Source: Spirochaetota bacterium (GTDB lineage Bacteria; Spirochaetota; UBA12135; COTS27). From it: DNA of 64,000 bases. The stretch spans positions 69,713 through 133,712 of the forward strand of contig CBDFMP010000048.1 of assembly GCA_965249715.1 (NCBI GenBank), given 5' to 3'. The position numbers were made by a program, and so were the translations under genes. The first letter of the stretch is position 1, and each line of letters starts with the position of its first letter. The notes below the pieces were generated by a model. That model saw nothing but the letters and a program-made list of their open reading frames with translations. It searched no databases and was not told the DNA's origin. Shown one piece after another: positions 38,064 to 48,179 of this stretch.

Positions 38064-39242
38064 TTAGCGAAAATGCCAAAATGACTTCTTCTCAGCACGC
38101 AGTTTACTGAGCTCAATGGTATCGTTGTCATTTTTTAACGCTGCAAGTTCACGGTAAAGCTCACGTGTGCGCGTATTAACGTTGCGCGGAATTTCCATAT
38201 TGACGCGAATCATGAGCTCGCCGCGTTCGCCGCGCCGTTGGAGAATCGGCATGCCCTTGCCTTTCACGCGCAAGACACTTCCAGCTTGCGTGCCAGCTGC
38301 AATAGTGACCTTAATGACTTCATCGTTCAGATTTTTTAATTCCAGTGCGGCGCCTAAGACGGCTTGTGTGATGCTGATATGCGCGTTGCAGTACAAGTCA
38401 TTGCCCTCGCGTTCAAAATAATCATCGCCGCGCACGCGGATGTGCAAGTACAAATCCCCTGCTGTGCCGCCGCGCTGGCTGGCATGTCCCTCACCGCTCA
38501 TACGAATGCTCTGCTCATCGTTAATGCCCGGTGGGATTTTTACTTTCACTTGTTTGTGCGCATTAACAATTCCCATCCCGTTGCAGCTATGGCAGGGATT
38601 GTCAATCTGGACCCCGCTGCCGCGGCAACGCGGACAGGTGGTGTTGATGGAAAAGATGCCCTTGTTTTGGCGCAATTGCCCGATGCCGCCGCAGTCGCGA
38701 CAATTACTGGGACTGCTGCCGCTGAGTGCGCCGCTGCCATTGCAGCTATCACACGCTACTTTTTTATTGATACTAAAATCGTACTCTGCACCCGTAAAAG
38801 CCTCGCTCAGGCTAATCTCCAATTCGTACTGCAGGTCGCCGCCGCCGCCGCCTGCACGCTGGCGATTGCGTGTTTGCCGATTGTTGCTGTTGCCGCCGAA
38901 AAAACTCTCAAAGATATTTTCGCCGCTAAAGGCCTCTTCAAATAAATCTGAAAAGGCTGAAAAATCGCCGCCGCCGCCTCTTCCGCCAAAAGGACTGCCT
39001 TGCGCGCTGCCCGCACCGCGCCTGATGGCTTCATAGCCATACTGGTCGTAAATTTGGCGCTTTTTATCATCTGAGAGAATGGAATAAGCCTCATTGATAG
39101 CCTTAAAACGCTCTTCGGCACGTTTGTCGCCCTTATTGCGATCAGGATGATTTTCAATCGCTTTTTTACGATAAGCACGTTTGAGCTCATCCTTAGTGGC
39201 GTTGCGTGAAGTGCTAAGGATATTATAAAGATCTTTTGTCAT
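38064..39242 (-). CDS. dnaJ: Chaperone DnaJ
   Basis: J domain with HPD, a G/F-rich region and four CxxCxGxG repeats (CDSCNGSG, CRDCGGIG, CPRCRGSG, CHSCNGMG). Probable start is ATG at 39242. Confidence 0.93.
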   Translation of the reverse strand: MTKDLYNILSTSRNATKDELKRAYRKKAIENHPDRNKGDKRAEERFKAINEAYSILSDDKKRQIYDQYGYEAIRRGAGSAQGSPFGGRGGGGDFSAFSDLFEEAFSGENIFESFFGGNSNNRQTRNRQRAGGGGGDLQYELEISLSEAFTGAEYDFSINKKVACDSCNGSGALSGSSPSNCRDCGGIGQLRQNKGIFSINTTCPRCRGSGVQIDNPCHSCNGMGIVNAHKQVKVKIPPGINDEQSIRMSGEGHASQRGGTAGDLYLHIRVRGDDYFEREGNDLYCNAHISITQAVLGAALELKNLNDEVIKVTIAAGTQAGSVLRVKGKGMPILQRRGERGELMIRVNMEIPRNVNTRTRELYRELAALKNDNDTIELSKLRAEKKSFWHFR

Positions 39243-39371
39243 TGTGCGCACTGCAACAGCTGGCAAGCTGCTGCTCAGGTTTCCAAGGAACTTCCGTACA
39301 GAATTTTAAAAATCCTGCGCCCAGCTCATGGTGACATTCAATAAAACTAACGAAGCGTAAAAAACGCACAG

Positions 39372-41321
39372 TTATTTCTTATCGTCGTCAACTACTTCGT
39401 AGTCAGCATCAACCACATTATCCTTGCTCTGGTGAGACTCAGTGGTGGTGCTGGATTTTTTCGCTGTTGTGTTGTCCTTGTTGTGAGGGCCGCTGCTGTT
39501 GCCATTGCCGCTTGCACCCTGGGGCTGCTGTTTGTAAAGCTCCTGTGAAATTTTATGTGTTGCCTTGGTTAACTCCTCAATGCCTTTTGTGATGGCAGCA
39601 CTGTCTTCTTTAATAATGTTTTCCTTGAGCGCATCCATAGTGGCTTTAATGGCTGCTTGTTCATCGCTTTTTAGCTTATCTTTGTGTTCTTTGAGCAATG
39701 TTTCCGTACGATAGAGGAGCTGGTTGCCATTGTTTTTTATTTCTGCCAGCTCACGGCGTTTTTTGTCCTGCTCGCGATTGGCTTCGCCTTGTTTGACCAT
39801 ATCGGCAATTTCGGAATCACTAAGACCGCCAGACACCTCAATCTTAATTTTATTCTCCTTGCCTGTACCAAGGTCTTTGGCACTTACATGGAGAATGCCA
39901 TTGGCATCAATATCAAAAGTGACTTCAATTTGCGGCATGCCACGCGGCGCTGCCGGGATCTCCACCAGATCAAAACGTCCAAGCAACTTGTTGTCACGCG
40001 CCATTTCACGTTCACCCTGATAGACATTGATGGTTACCGCTGGTTGGTTGTTTTCTGCGGTTGAAAAAATCTGACTTTTTTTAGTGGGAATGGTGGTATT
40101 GCGATCAATGAGGCGGGTCATCACCCCACCCAAAGTTTCAATGCCAAGCGATAGCGGTGTCACATCCAATAACAGGACATCTTTAACATCGCCGCCAAGG
40201 ATGCCGCCCTGAATGGCCGCGCCAACTGCCACAACCTCATCGGGATTGACACCTTTGCTGGGCTCGCGGTTGAAAATTTCCTTGACCAGCGCCTGAACGG
40301 CGGGGATACGTGTAGAACCGCCTACTAAAATCACTTCCTGAATCTCTGTTATCGGAAGTTCAGAATCCTTAATGGCATTTTCACAAGGCTCACGCAGTTG
40401 TTTGATCAAAGCTGCTGTTAGCTGTTCAAACTTTGCACGCGAAAGTGTGACATTCAAGTGTTTAGGCCCTGAAGAATCCGCCGTAATGAATGGCAAATTT
40501 ATAGTCGTATTGGTGGTGCTGGAAAGCTCCTGTTTAGCTTTTTCCGCCGCTTCTTTCAAGCGCTGTAAGGCAATGGCATCCTCTTTCAATGAAATGCCAT
40601 ATTGTTTTTTAAATTCATCGTTCAGATAGTCAATGATGATCTCATCAAAGTTATCACCTCCCAGCTGGGTGTCGCCATTTGTGGCTTTCACCTCAAAGAC
40701 GCCATCGCCCATTTCCAGGATAGAAATGTCAAAGGTGCCTCCGCCTAAGTCAAAAACCGCAAGCTTGAGTTCCTTTTTTTTGTCCAACCCATAAGCCAGC
40801 GCAGCGGCTGTCGGCTCGTTGACAATCCGTTTCACGTTCAGCCCAGCAATTTTCCCGGCATCTACAGTTGCTTGACGCTGAGAATCGTTGAAATAGGCGG
40901 GGACCGTAATAACGGCTTCTGTCACACTGCTGCCAAGGTAATCTTCCGCTGATTGTTTCATTTTTTGCAGAACTTCTGCTGAAATTTCCTGTGGCGTGTA
41001 TTCCTTGCCGTCTACTTTAACCTTTGTTTTTTTGTCTTTTGTGACAAGGTCATAAGGAAATTTATCCGGGCTGGCGGCATGACTGCTGCTGGATGCGCTT
41101 CCCATGAAACGTTTAATAGAATAAATAGTCCGTTTGGCATTCGTGACCATCTGATTTTTGGCTGCCTGCCCCACAAGGCGCTCATTGGTATCCGTGAACG
41201 CCACAATAGATGGTGTGGTGCGTTGTCCTTCAGCATTTTGAATGACAACAGGTTCTCCGCCCTCTATGACTGAGACACAGGAGTTAGTGGTTCCTAGGTC
41301 AATTCCGATGATTTTCCCCAT
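39372..41321 (-). CDS. dnaK: Chaperone DnaK (Hsp70)
   Basis: 649 aa with [18 protein letters not shown] and [11 protein letters not shown]. Confidence 0.97.
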   Translation of the reverse strand: MGKIIGIDLGTTNSCVSVIEGGEPVVIQNAEGQRTTPSIVAFTDTNERLVGQAAKNQMVTNAKRTIYSIKRFMGSASSSSHAASPDKFPYDLVTKDKKTKVKVDGKEYTPQEISAEVLQKMKQSAEDYLGSSVTEAVITVPAYFNDSQRQATVDAGKIAGLNVKRIVNEPTAAALAYGLDKKKELKLAVFDLGGGTFDISILEMGDGVFEVKATNGDTQLGGDNFDEIIIDYLNDEFKKQYGISLKEDAIALQRLKEAAEKAKQELSSTTNTTINLPFITADSSGPKHLNVTLSRAKFEQLTAALIKQLREPCENAIKDSELPITEIQEVILVGGSTRIPAVQALVKEIFNREPSKGVNPDEVVAVGAAIQGGILGGDVKDVLLLDVTPLSLGIETLGGVMTRLIDRNTTIPTKKSQIFSTAENNQPAVTINVYQGEREMARDNKLLGRFDLVEIPAAPRGMPQIEVTFDIDANGILHVSAKDLGTGKENKIKIEVSGGLSDSEIADMVKQGEANREQDKKRRELAEIKNNGNQLLYRTETLLKEHKDKLKSDEQAAIKATMDALKENIIKEDSAAITKGIEELTKATHKISQELYKQQPQGASGNGNSSGPHNKDNTTAKKSSTTTESHQSKDNVVDADYEVVDDDKK

Positions 41322-41362
41322 GATTGATGTCCTCTTTTCAATATATAGCTTGTATTTTTAAC

Positions 41363-42091
41363 TTACGTTTGTGAAGTGTTATTTTCGGTTGTTGTATTAT
41401 TTGCCTTAGTATCGGCATAATGACTTGGTTGCGCAGCTGCTGCTGCTGTTGGTTCAGTAAGCGGTGCAGGCGACTCTTGTTTTTTTTGTAATACTTTCAC
41501 TTGTGCGGTTTTTATCACACGATCATGAAATAGATAGCCCTGCTCAAAAACCTCACCTACTGTTTCTATGTCCCCCTGTCCCGGTTCCTGCAACATCGCC
41601 TGATGCAGCAATGGATTAAAGGCATCGCCAGCTTGTGTGCTGGGTTTGACGGCATGAGCATTGATGATGCTGTCCAATTGTTGTTTGATGTTTACAAATC
41701 CTTCTAAAAATGACTTTGCAGCAGGATGCAGTTCTTTGCCCTGCTGGTCAAGTGCTTTTTCGTAATTGTTTAAAATAGGCAGAAGTTGTTTGATAAAACT
41801 TTCCGGAGCATATTTAAGTAATTGCTGTTTTTCTTCAATGGTACGCTTGCGGTAATTGTCAAATTCGGCTTGCTGGCGCTTGACCATATCTTCGTATTCG
41901 TCTATTTTTGCCCCCAAGGCACCAATCGTTTTGGCAACGGCCTCTGCAGCCTCGTCAGGATTGTCTATTTCTTCTTTAGCAGGTCCAACAGGTTGTTTTG
42001 GAGGTTTGGGCGCTGTTTGTTGGGGTGCTGCTTGTTGTTGCGGTTGTTTTGCTGCAGCTTTGGTGCTGCGTTCATTATCAGACTTTTTCAT
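41363..42091 (-). CDS. grpE: Nucleotide exchange factor GrpE
   Basis: 242 aa. Low-complexity N-terminus, then a coiled-coil plus GrpE C-terminal region. Located immediately upstream of dnaK. Confidence 0.85.
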   Translation of the reverse strand: MKKSDNERSTKAAAKQPQQQAAPQQTAPKPPKQPVGPAKEEIDNPDEAAEAVAKTIGALGAKIDEYEDMVKRQQAEFDNYRKRTIEEKQQLLKYAPESFIKQLLPILNNYEKALDQQGKELHPAAKSFLEGFVNIKQQLDSIINAHAVKPSTQAGDAFNPLLHQAMLQEPGQGDIETVGEVFEQGYLFHDRVIKTAQVKVLQKKQESPAPLTEPTAAAAAQPSHYADTKANNTTTENNTSQT

Positions 42092-42255
42092 GAATAGTTG
42101 TTTTATCTTTATGTGACGTCAACCTAGCGTAAAAATAAAAAATTTAAAGGTTAATTATCATCGTCTTATACGTATGTTAAAGTAATGAATTAAGATTAAA
42201 AGTAAAGAAAAAACTCTATAAAAACAGCGTTTTCATAGCTTGAATGTGTAGCTTT

Positions 42256-42891
42256 TCATGTTTTTTTGTGTAAGTTTTCATAAAATTCTAAAATTGTTTT
42301 ACCAAAACGGCGCGTTTGCAAAACTTGCAGCTCTTGTGTTGCTAAAAATTGCTGAAAATTCTCAAATGTAGCATTTTTATGCCCTGATGCGAGTTGTTGC
42401 AGTCGTTCGATGATCAGCAACCCTGTCGGGCACAGCAGCTTCATCGTTTGCAGCTGTTTTAAAAGACGTTTATATTCTGTTAGTGTGTTTAGCTGTGCGT
42501 ACGGCGGATCTAAAAAAATGATGTCAAATTGACTTGAGCTCAGCTGGCGGCTGCGGCGATAAAAATCGCCCGTAAGCACGGTTGTTTGACCATCTGGCAC
42601 GGCTAAGGCGTGCAGCCGCGTCAGATTGTTTTGCAGACTGCGTGCCAGCTGGACGTCACGCTCAATGAACACCACCTCGCCTGCGCCGCGTGAGAGCGCC
42701 TCCACCCCAATGGCACCCGAACCGGCAAATCCGTCGAGTATCCGCGTATGCTGTAAACGTCCTGCCAGCCGATCGAAGAGCGACTTGCGCACGATTGCCT
42801 GTGTGGGCGAGGGAGCTGTGCGATATTTGAAGCGCAGCTCCTGCCCCTTATAAATTCCCGCCAGAATGCGCGGACTGTGTACTGCTTTCAT
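42256..42891 (-). CDS. rsmD: 16S rRNA (guanine966-N2)-methyltransferase RsmD family
   Basis: 211 aa with SAM motif DGFAGSGAIGVEALSRGA and catalytic FLDPPY. Confidence 0.8.
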   Translation of the reverse strand: MKAVHSPRILAGIYKGQELRFKYRTAPSPTQAIVRKSLFDRLAGRLQHTRILDGFAGSGAIGVEALSRGAGEVVFIERDVQLARSLQNNLTRLHALAVPDGQTTVLTGDFYRRSRQLSSSQFDIIFLDPPYAQLNTLTEYKRLLKQLQTMKLLCPTGLLIIERLQQLASGHKNATFENFQQFLATQELQVLQTRRFGKTILEFYENLHKKT

Positions 42892-42973
42892 GTTCGGTGT
42901 GCCGAAACTGGCACTCCATGTTTGACTTTACAATTGTTTATAATCGTTTATAATTGTAAAGTCGGGTGCTGCA

Positions 42974-45457
42974 CTAAGCAGCGGGCACAGCTGTTGACAG
43001 CTTGCGGTAACGCAGGGCATTGCCAATGACCGAAAGCGAGCTGACGCTCATTAGCGCTGCTGCCAGCATCGGCGATAATAATAGTCCTGTAACAGGATAA
43101 AGGATGCCCGCTGCCAAAGGTACGCCCACGGCATTGTAAACAAATGCTAAAAAGAGATTACTCTTAATGTTGGCGACGGTCTGTTTACTGAGTGTGAAGA
43201 GGCTGAGCAGGGTATGCAAATTGCCGCTGAGGAGCGTGGCATGCGCAGTTGCTAACGCGACACCGCTTCCTGTGCCCATGGCAATGCTGACATCCGCTGC
43301 TGCTAATGCTGGCGCGTCATTGACGCCGTCGCCTGCCATGAGTACGGTATGCCCGGCGCGTTTAAAGGCCTCCAGCTGGTCTAGCTTGGCTTGCGGGCTC
43401 AGCTGGCTATATATCCCACTGAGCCCCCAATGGTCACCCGTGAGCTTATTAATTTGTGTTTGCACGGCTGTGCAGGCAGCTTTATGATCTCCACTGAGCA
43501 GCCAAACGGCAATGCCGCGTTTTCTCAGCGCACGGACGGTAGCAGCGGCGCTGGGACGTAAAACATCGTTCAGGGTGAACGTACTGATGATCTGACGGTT
43601 TGTGGCAAGGAAAAGCTGTGTGCCGCTGACAGCTGCTTCAGTAGCGGGTAGGTCAATGCCCAGCTGCGCTGCCATAGCATTGCTGCCGGCATAATAACAC
43701 TGCCCTTCAATGGTACCGCTTATGCCCACACCGGGAGTCGCTTTAAAATCCTTAACGGGAAATAAACTTAGCTGTGCCTGCCGTGCAGCAGCAATGATCC
43801 CCTGTGCCAAGGGATGCTCGCTGAGTGCTTCCAGCGATGCCAGCAGACTCAGTGCCCGCTCTTTCGTGTAACCATCATTTTGCAATGTCTGCTCAGTAAG
43901 CTTGGGTTTGCCTTCTGTGAGCGTACCTGTTTTATCAATGGCCACTAAGCTCACGGCATTAAAACGTTCTAAAACTTCCACGTTTTGAATAAGCATGCCG
44001 CTTTTGGCGCCGCGGCCAATGCCCACTGTAAGCGCAAGCGGTATAGCCAAACCCAAAGCGCAGGGGCAGGCAACAATGAGCACACTCACTGCCACAAGCA
44101 GCGCATTGCCCAGCGCCGGTGCCGGACCCCATCCCCACCAGATGACAAAACTAAATGCAGCTATGACAAGCACACTGGGGATGAAAATTTTTGAAACGCG
44201 TTCAGTTATGTCTTGCAATGGCGGACGACTGCGTTGCGCACGTGCGGTAAGGGTCATCAACTCGCTCAATAGCGTATTGGCACCTACACGCGTGGTGCAC
44301 ATAATAAACGCGCCTGAGCCATTGACACTTCCGCCAATAACAGGATTTCCCGCTTGTTTAAGGATGGGCGCAGCTTCGCCAGTAAGCAATGCTTCTGAAA
44401 CCTCGCTGAGCCCAGCCACCACTGTGCCGTCAGTAGGGATTTTGCTGCCGGGCTGCACAAGGAGAAAATCGCCTACGGCAACCTCCGCTAAAACAACGGT
44501 TTCCATATTGAGCGTGTTTAGCTCCAGTGCCGCGGCGGTCTGTGTGAGCGGCGGCGGCACATACTTTTGCAATCGCAATGCCTGCTGTGGACTTAATTCC
44601 ATCAGCTGTCTGAGTGCGTCACCGGTGCGCATGCGCGCACGTTCTTCCAAAAACTGCCCAAGGATCACAAGCGTGATGATAACCGCTGCCGTTTCAAAAT
44701 AAAGCCCCACCGTTCCGTTTGCACTGAGCGCGCTGCTTGGAATTAGTGCCGGTGCTATGTAGGAGAGCATAAGCAGCCATAACGAATATCCATAAGCAGC
44801 AAATGTACCCAAGGCAATGAGTGAAAACATATTAAGCGTCTTGCGCTTCAGCGCCACCCAGGCACGCGTGAAAATAAAGGTGCCTGTGCCCCAGATGACT
44901 ATTGTGGCGGCGGTTAGGCTGAGCAGCTTTAATGTCAGCTGGCTCAGTCCCAATGGACGTATTAGCGTTGGCGTCATTTCTATCAGCACTACTGGCATGG
45001 TGAAACAGAGTGCAATGATAAAGCGCCACTTTAGTCTGTGTAAACTAAACAAAGCTGCTGCGTCACTGGCAATGCCCTGAGCACCTGCGCTTAAAATGGG
45101 CTCCAGCGCCATGCCGCATTCGGGGCAACTGTCGGGTTTGTTTGTAATGATCTCCGGGTGCATGGGACAACTGTACTGGCTGCCTGCTGTTGTGGCGGGT
45201 GCAGGAGCGGGCAGGATGCCCTGTGTCCTCAGGGTGCGGATGAGACGCTTCCAGCGCCGCTGCAATGTACGCAACATTATCGGGAATAATGTTGTGTACT
45301 GCTTGGGCTCATCAGTAAATCGCTGCAAACAACCTTTGCTACAGAAATAGTACGGACTGTTTTTATAAGTGGTGTGAAAACGCTTATCACGTAATTGCAT
45401 GCCGCAGACAGGATCTTGCAACAATGGAGATGTTGGTGAAGGGATGTCTGATGGCAT
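42974..45457 (-). CDS. copA: Copper-translocating P1B-type ATPase with TRASH/YHS-like and CPMHPE-type N-terminal metal sites
   Basis: CPC (ACPCALGLA), DKTGTLT, GDGVNDAP and LTGEA. N-terminus contains DPVCGMQL..YYFCSKGCLQRF and YSCPMHPEI..CPECGMAL. ATG at 45457. Confidence 0.9.
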   Translation of the reverse strand: MPSDIPSPTSPLLQDPVCGMQLRDKRFHTTYKNSPYYFCSKGCLQRFTDEPKQYTTLFPIMLRTLQRRWKRLIRTLRTQGILPAPAPATTAGSQYSCPMHPEIITNKPDSCPECGMALEPILSAGAQGIASDAAALFSLHRLKWRFIIALCFTMPVVLIEMTPTLIRPLGLSQLTLKLLSLTAATIVIWGTGTFIFTRAWVALKRKTLNMFSLIALGTFAAYGYSLWLLMLSYIAPALIPSSALSANGTVGLYFETAAVIITLVILGQFLEERARMRTGDALRQLMELSPQQALRLQKYVPPPLTQTAAALELNTLNMETVVLAEVAVGDFLLVQPGSKIPTDGTVVAGLSEVSEALLTGEAAPILKQAGNPVIGGSVNGSGAFIMCTTRVGANTLLSELMTLTARAQRSRPPLQDITERVSKIFIPSVLVIAAFSFVIWWGWGPAPALGNALLVAVSVLIVACPCALGLAIPLALTVGIGRGAKSGMLIQNVEVLERFNAVSLVAIDKTGTLTEGKPKLTEQTLQNDGYTKERALSLLASLEALSEHPLAQGIIAAARQAQLSLFPVKDFKATPGVGISGTIEGQCYYAGSNAMAAQLGIDLPATEAAVSGTQLFLATNRQIISTFTLNDVLRPSAAATVRALRKRGIAVWLLSGDHKAACTAVQTQINKLTGDHWGLSGIYSQLSPQAKLDQLEAFKRAGHTVLMAGDGVNDAPALAAADVSIAMGTGSGVALATAHATLLSGNLHTLLSLFTLSKQTVANIKSNLFLAFVYNAVGVPLAAGILYPVTGLLLSPMLAAALMSVSSLSVIGNALRYRKLSTAVPAA

Positions 45458-45471
45458 TGTCAATAATAATT

Positions 45472-45506
45472 GCTAAATAGCTAAAATAATCGCTAAATAG
45501 CTAAAA
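45472..45506. repeat. Perfect 15-bp direct repeat (gctaaatagctaaaa) x2 with 20-bp phasing, just upstream of copA
   Basis: Copies at 45472-45486 and 45492-45506, located 15-50 nt upstream of the copA ATG. Confidence 0.85.
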
Positions 45507-45542
45507 GCTTAGCGAATAAAGCTGATGTTGAATGGGATGGCG

Positions 45543-46770
45543 TTATTGGTGGCGAGCGAGTGTATTGTAAATGGTGTTGAATTCATTTTCATCGCTTAAA
45601 AGTTCAAGCGCACGTTCAATGAATGGCATCACAACTGGTTCTTGCGGTTGCACTAGTAGGTTAGCTATTGATATTTCCTCATCGGGTGGAATGCCCTCAC
45701 GGAGATACTGCACTTCGCCGTCACCGTTTACATTGCCGGGATAGCTGGTACGTGAAGAAGTAACGGTGACCAGCCAACCATTAGCCAGATCACGTGCTAA
45801 GATCCCGCCCGCACAGCCTAAGGTGTCCCTGCCAATGTGAATAAGCTGCGCACGTTGCCGCATAGCCAATGAGAACATTTCAGCGCCGCTGCAAGTATCG
45901 TGGTCCGTGATGAGAATAAGCGGTCCCGTGCGGTAATGGTGTGTGCCCTCGGGAACTATGGTCAGGGTGTTTGTAACGAATGTCCTTATCCCGGTGCGTT
46001 CATTTTCAATCAGATAAGGACGCGCTTGATCAATAAATCGTGCTGCAAGAAAACGCGCATTGTCCTGTGATCCACCTGCAGCTGTGCGGATATCAACAAT
46101 CAGCCCCGTCATACCGGCAGCATTAAAACGTTTGAGTGTGTCTTCAATACGTATGAAATACGCGCGTGCGCCTGCCAATCTGCTGGAACCCTCAAATCCT
46201 ACAACAAGCGCGTCAATTAAAATATAACCAATGACGTGAGTTAATGATCCCGTATAAATACCAGCATCCCGCAATGCCTGCAGCTCGATGATACCGCTGG
46301 GAAAGATGTCTTGTGTACTGGTATTGGTGAGATAAGTGCTTGTTGCCAACCAGGTGATTTTGTTTTTATAAATCGTCTTCTTGAAAATCGAACTGTTCTG
46401 TGACGCACCCATACAAATAAACATCCGTAGGAAATTCAAAATAAACATGGGGATCATCCAGCTGATGTTCAACGTCATTGAGAACGCTTGCGAATTCACA
46501 ATCGCTCATCCCATCGTACACACTAGCTGCAAACATGTCACGCAAACCATTGATGCTGCCGCCGTTAGCACTTGGGATTTGATCATGATAGGCATAAACC
46601 ATGCGCAAGTCTTCAAAGAATAAATTATAGGTTTCCGTATGACTGGCAAATTGTGTATTTAAAATAAGTCCGCACCCGCTGAGCAGCAGACTCCCCAAGC
46701 TGAGCATTATCAGCCCCAACACGCGTAAGGGTTTAGCAGAAGCTTTTGCATGAAGCATGGGCGTTATCAT
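45543..46770 (-). pseudogene. S41-family peptidase lipoprotein split across two overlapping frames
   Basis: The N-terminal ORF (46366-46770) has lipobox LLLSGC. The C-terminal ORF (45543-46499) has the S41-like motif GLIVDIRTAAGGS. The frames overlap at 46366-46499. Confidence 0.6.
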
Positions 46771-46798
46771 GGTTTAATTTTACCCTGAAGCTTAACTT

Positions 46799-47704
46799 TT
46801 ACCAATAAATGGCAATGCCCACATTCAGTTTTTGCGTAAACGTCAGTTTGTTTTTGGGCACAGGTTCCACAAAATACTCCAATGCTACAGCGTACTGGGT
46901 GTGCAAGGCCATGGTGGGGGTAAAAAACCACTCGTACGTGACGGCAGCTGTGGTGCGCACCGTATTACCCCAATGATAAAGTGCGGTCGTTTCTAACAAA
47001 GTATTGATCAGCACATCCACAAGTCCATTGCTATTTTCTAATACTTGTTCTAAATGGAAATTGTAAACGTTAAAACGCGGGCGTGCCACAGCACCGATAA
47101 CGGGAAGATAATAATGGATGCGCAAATGATGTTTTTTTAAAGCAAAATTCACCATCAGTGCCGGGCCAATGGTCATGGTGGCACTCCAGCCATAACTGAG
47201 AAAATTCTGAATCAACCAAAAGTCTAGATTGCCTTCAACCATAAACCCAAGGTAAAGTGTTGCTACTTTTGTTCGCAATACGCTAAATGCTGAACTATAG
47301 GCTAGATTGACGAGGATATCCAAGTCAGCGCCTGATTGGGTAACGGGCCCATTGTCACCTGTGGCGTAGTTGACTAAGAGCGCTCCCGCGCCTGCTGTCA
47401 TTTGCACATAATGATAATGCTGCGGAGCAATATGCTCATACCCCAGGTGGAGATTGCCGCCAAGTCCCAGACGATAAAGCGAAGAAACGACGAGATCACG
47501 ACCATCGTTTAAAAATATTCCACCAGCAATGGTAAAAACATTACGCCGCGCCTCAGTCTCAGTGTCCGTGTCCAATGCCGGTTCAGCTGCGGGTGCCTCA
47601 GCTGGCGGTGCTGTTATTTCCTGTGCTAATAGCTTGGCTGGTTCATGTAACCAGCTGCTGACTAAGTAGCTGCCAGCGATGAGCAAGATGTAAAGTATTC
47701 TCAT
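46799..47704 (-). CDS. Putative outer-membrane beta-barrel protein (paralogue family, member 1)
   Basis: 301 aa. Signal peptide MRILYILLIAGSYLVSS, amphipathic strand pattern and aromatic C-terminus ..VGIAIYW. Shares blocks with 49414-50211 (KHHLRIHYYLPVIG/KHTLELNWYVPLVG; WGNTVRTT/WGNSFRTT). Confidence 0.6.
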   Translation of the reverse strand: MRILYILLIAGSYLVSSWLHEPAKLLAQEITAPPAEAPAAEPALDTDTETEARRNVFTIAGGIFLNDGRDLVVSSLYRLGLGGNLHLGYEHIAPQHYHYVQMTAGAGALLVNYATGDNGPVTQSGADLDILVNLAYSSAFSVLRTKVATLYLGFMVEGNLDFWLIQNFLSYGWSATMTIGPALMVNFALKKHHLRIHYYLPVIGAVARPRFNVYNFHLEQVLENSNGLVDVLINTLLETTALYHWGNTVRTTAAVTYEWFFTPTMALHTQYAVALEYFVEPVPKNKLTFTQKLNVGIAIYW

Positions 47705-47724
47705 CCCTTTAATTTCTCATCCCT

Positions 47725-48179
47725 TTAATAAATGGCAATACCAAGACCGACCTGATGGACATAGTCTGTTTGTGTATTGGCGGTTAATTTCGGATAATAA
47801 GCTACTTTCAAGATAATTCGCGTATTCTGAATCATATTTTGGACGGCTCAGTACCTTCGCTTTCGTTTGCCGAAAGTGGTAACAGTAATAGGACGCTGCT
47901 GATAATAATAAGAGCTGTTGTGAGTCTTAGGTTTTTGCTAAGTGACATGATTTTATCATCCATAAGCTTAAAAGATTAATGATAATAACTATTTTAACGG
48001 CATGGTCTATAATTATAAATTAAAGTAGCAAATTTGTTGCTTTATAATAGAGCTGTACAGGTTTTTTAGACTTTATTTAATATATTGCCGTTGAATACAT
48101 TCAGTTCGGGAGGTAATTTGAGTTTTGCCGGCGGTGATGCCTGCAGTCCTTGTAGCCAAGCTGCCAGCAGCGGCACTTT
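47725..48179 (-). pseudogene. Internally deleted duplicate of the OMP-2 gene plus its upstream spacer and the neuB 3' end
   Basis: 47725-47948 aligns with the 3' and 5' ends of 49414-50211 (start cat at 47946-47948; stop after ~38 codons). 47950-48145 aligns with 50212-50405. 48146-48179 aligns with an internal neuB piece (~50944-50985). Confidence 0.75.

Noticed and set aside
42092-42255. CIRCE/HrcA operator or sigma32 promoter upstream of grpE
   Set aside because: No TTAGCACTC-N9-GAGTGCTAA-like inverted repeat is present. Only a short TGACGTCA palindrome (~42113-42120) was seen. I cannot support a regulatory call.
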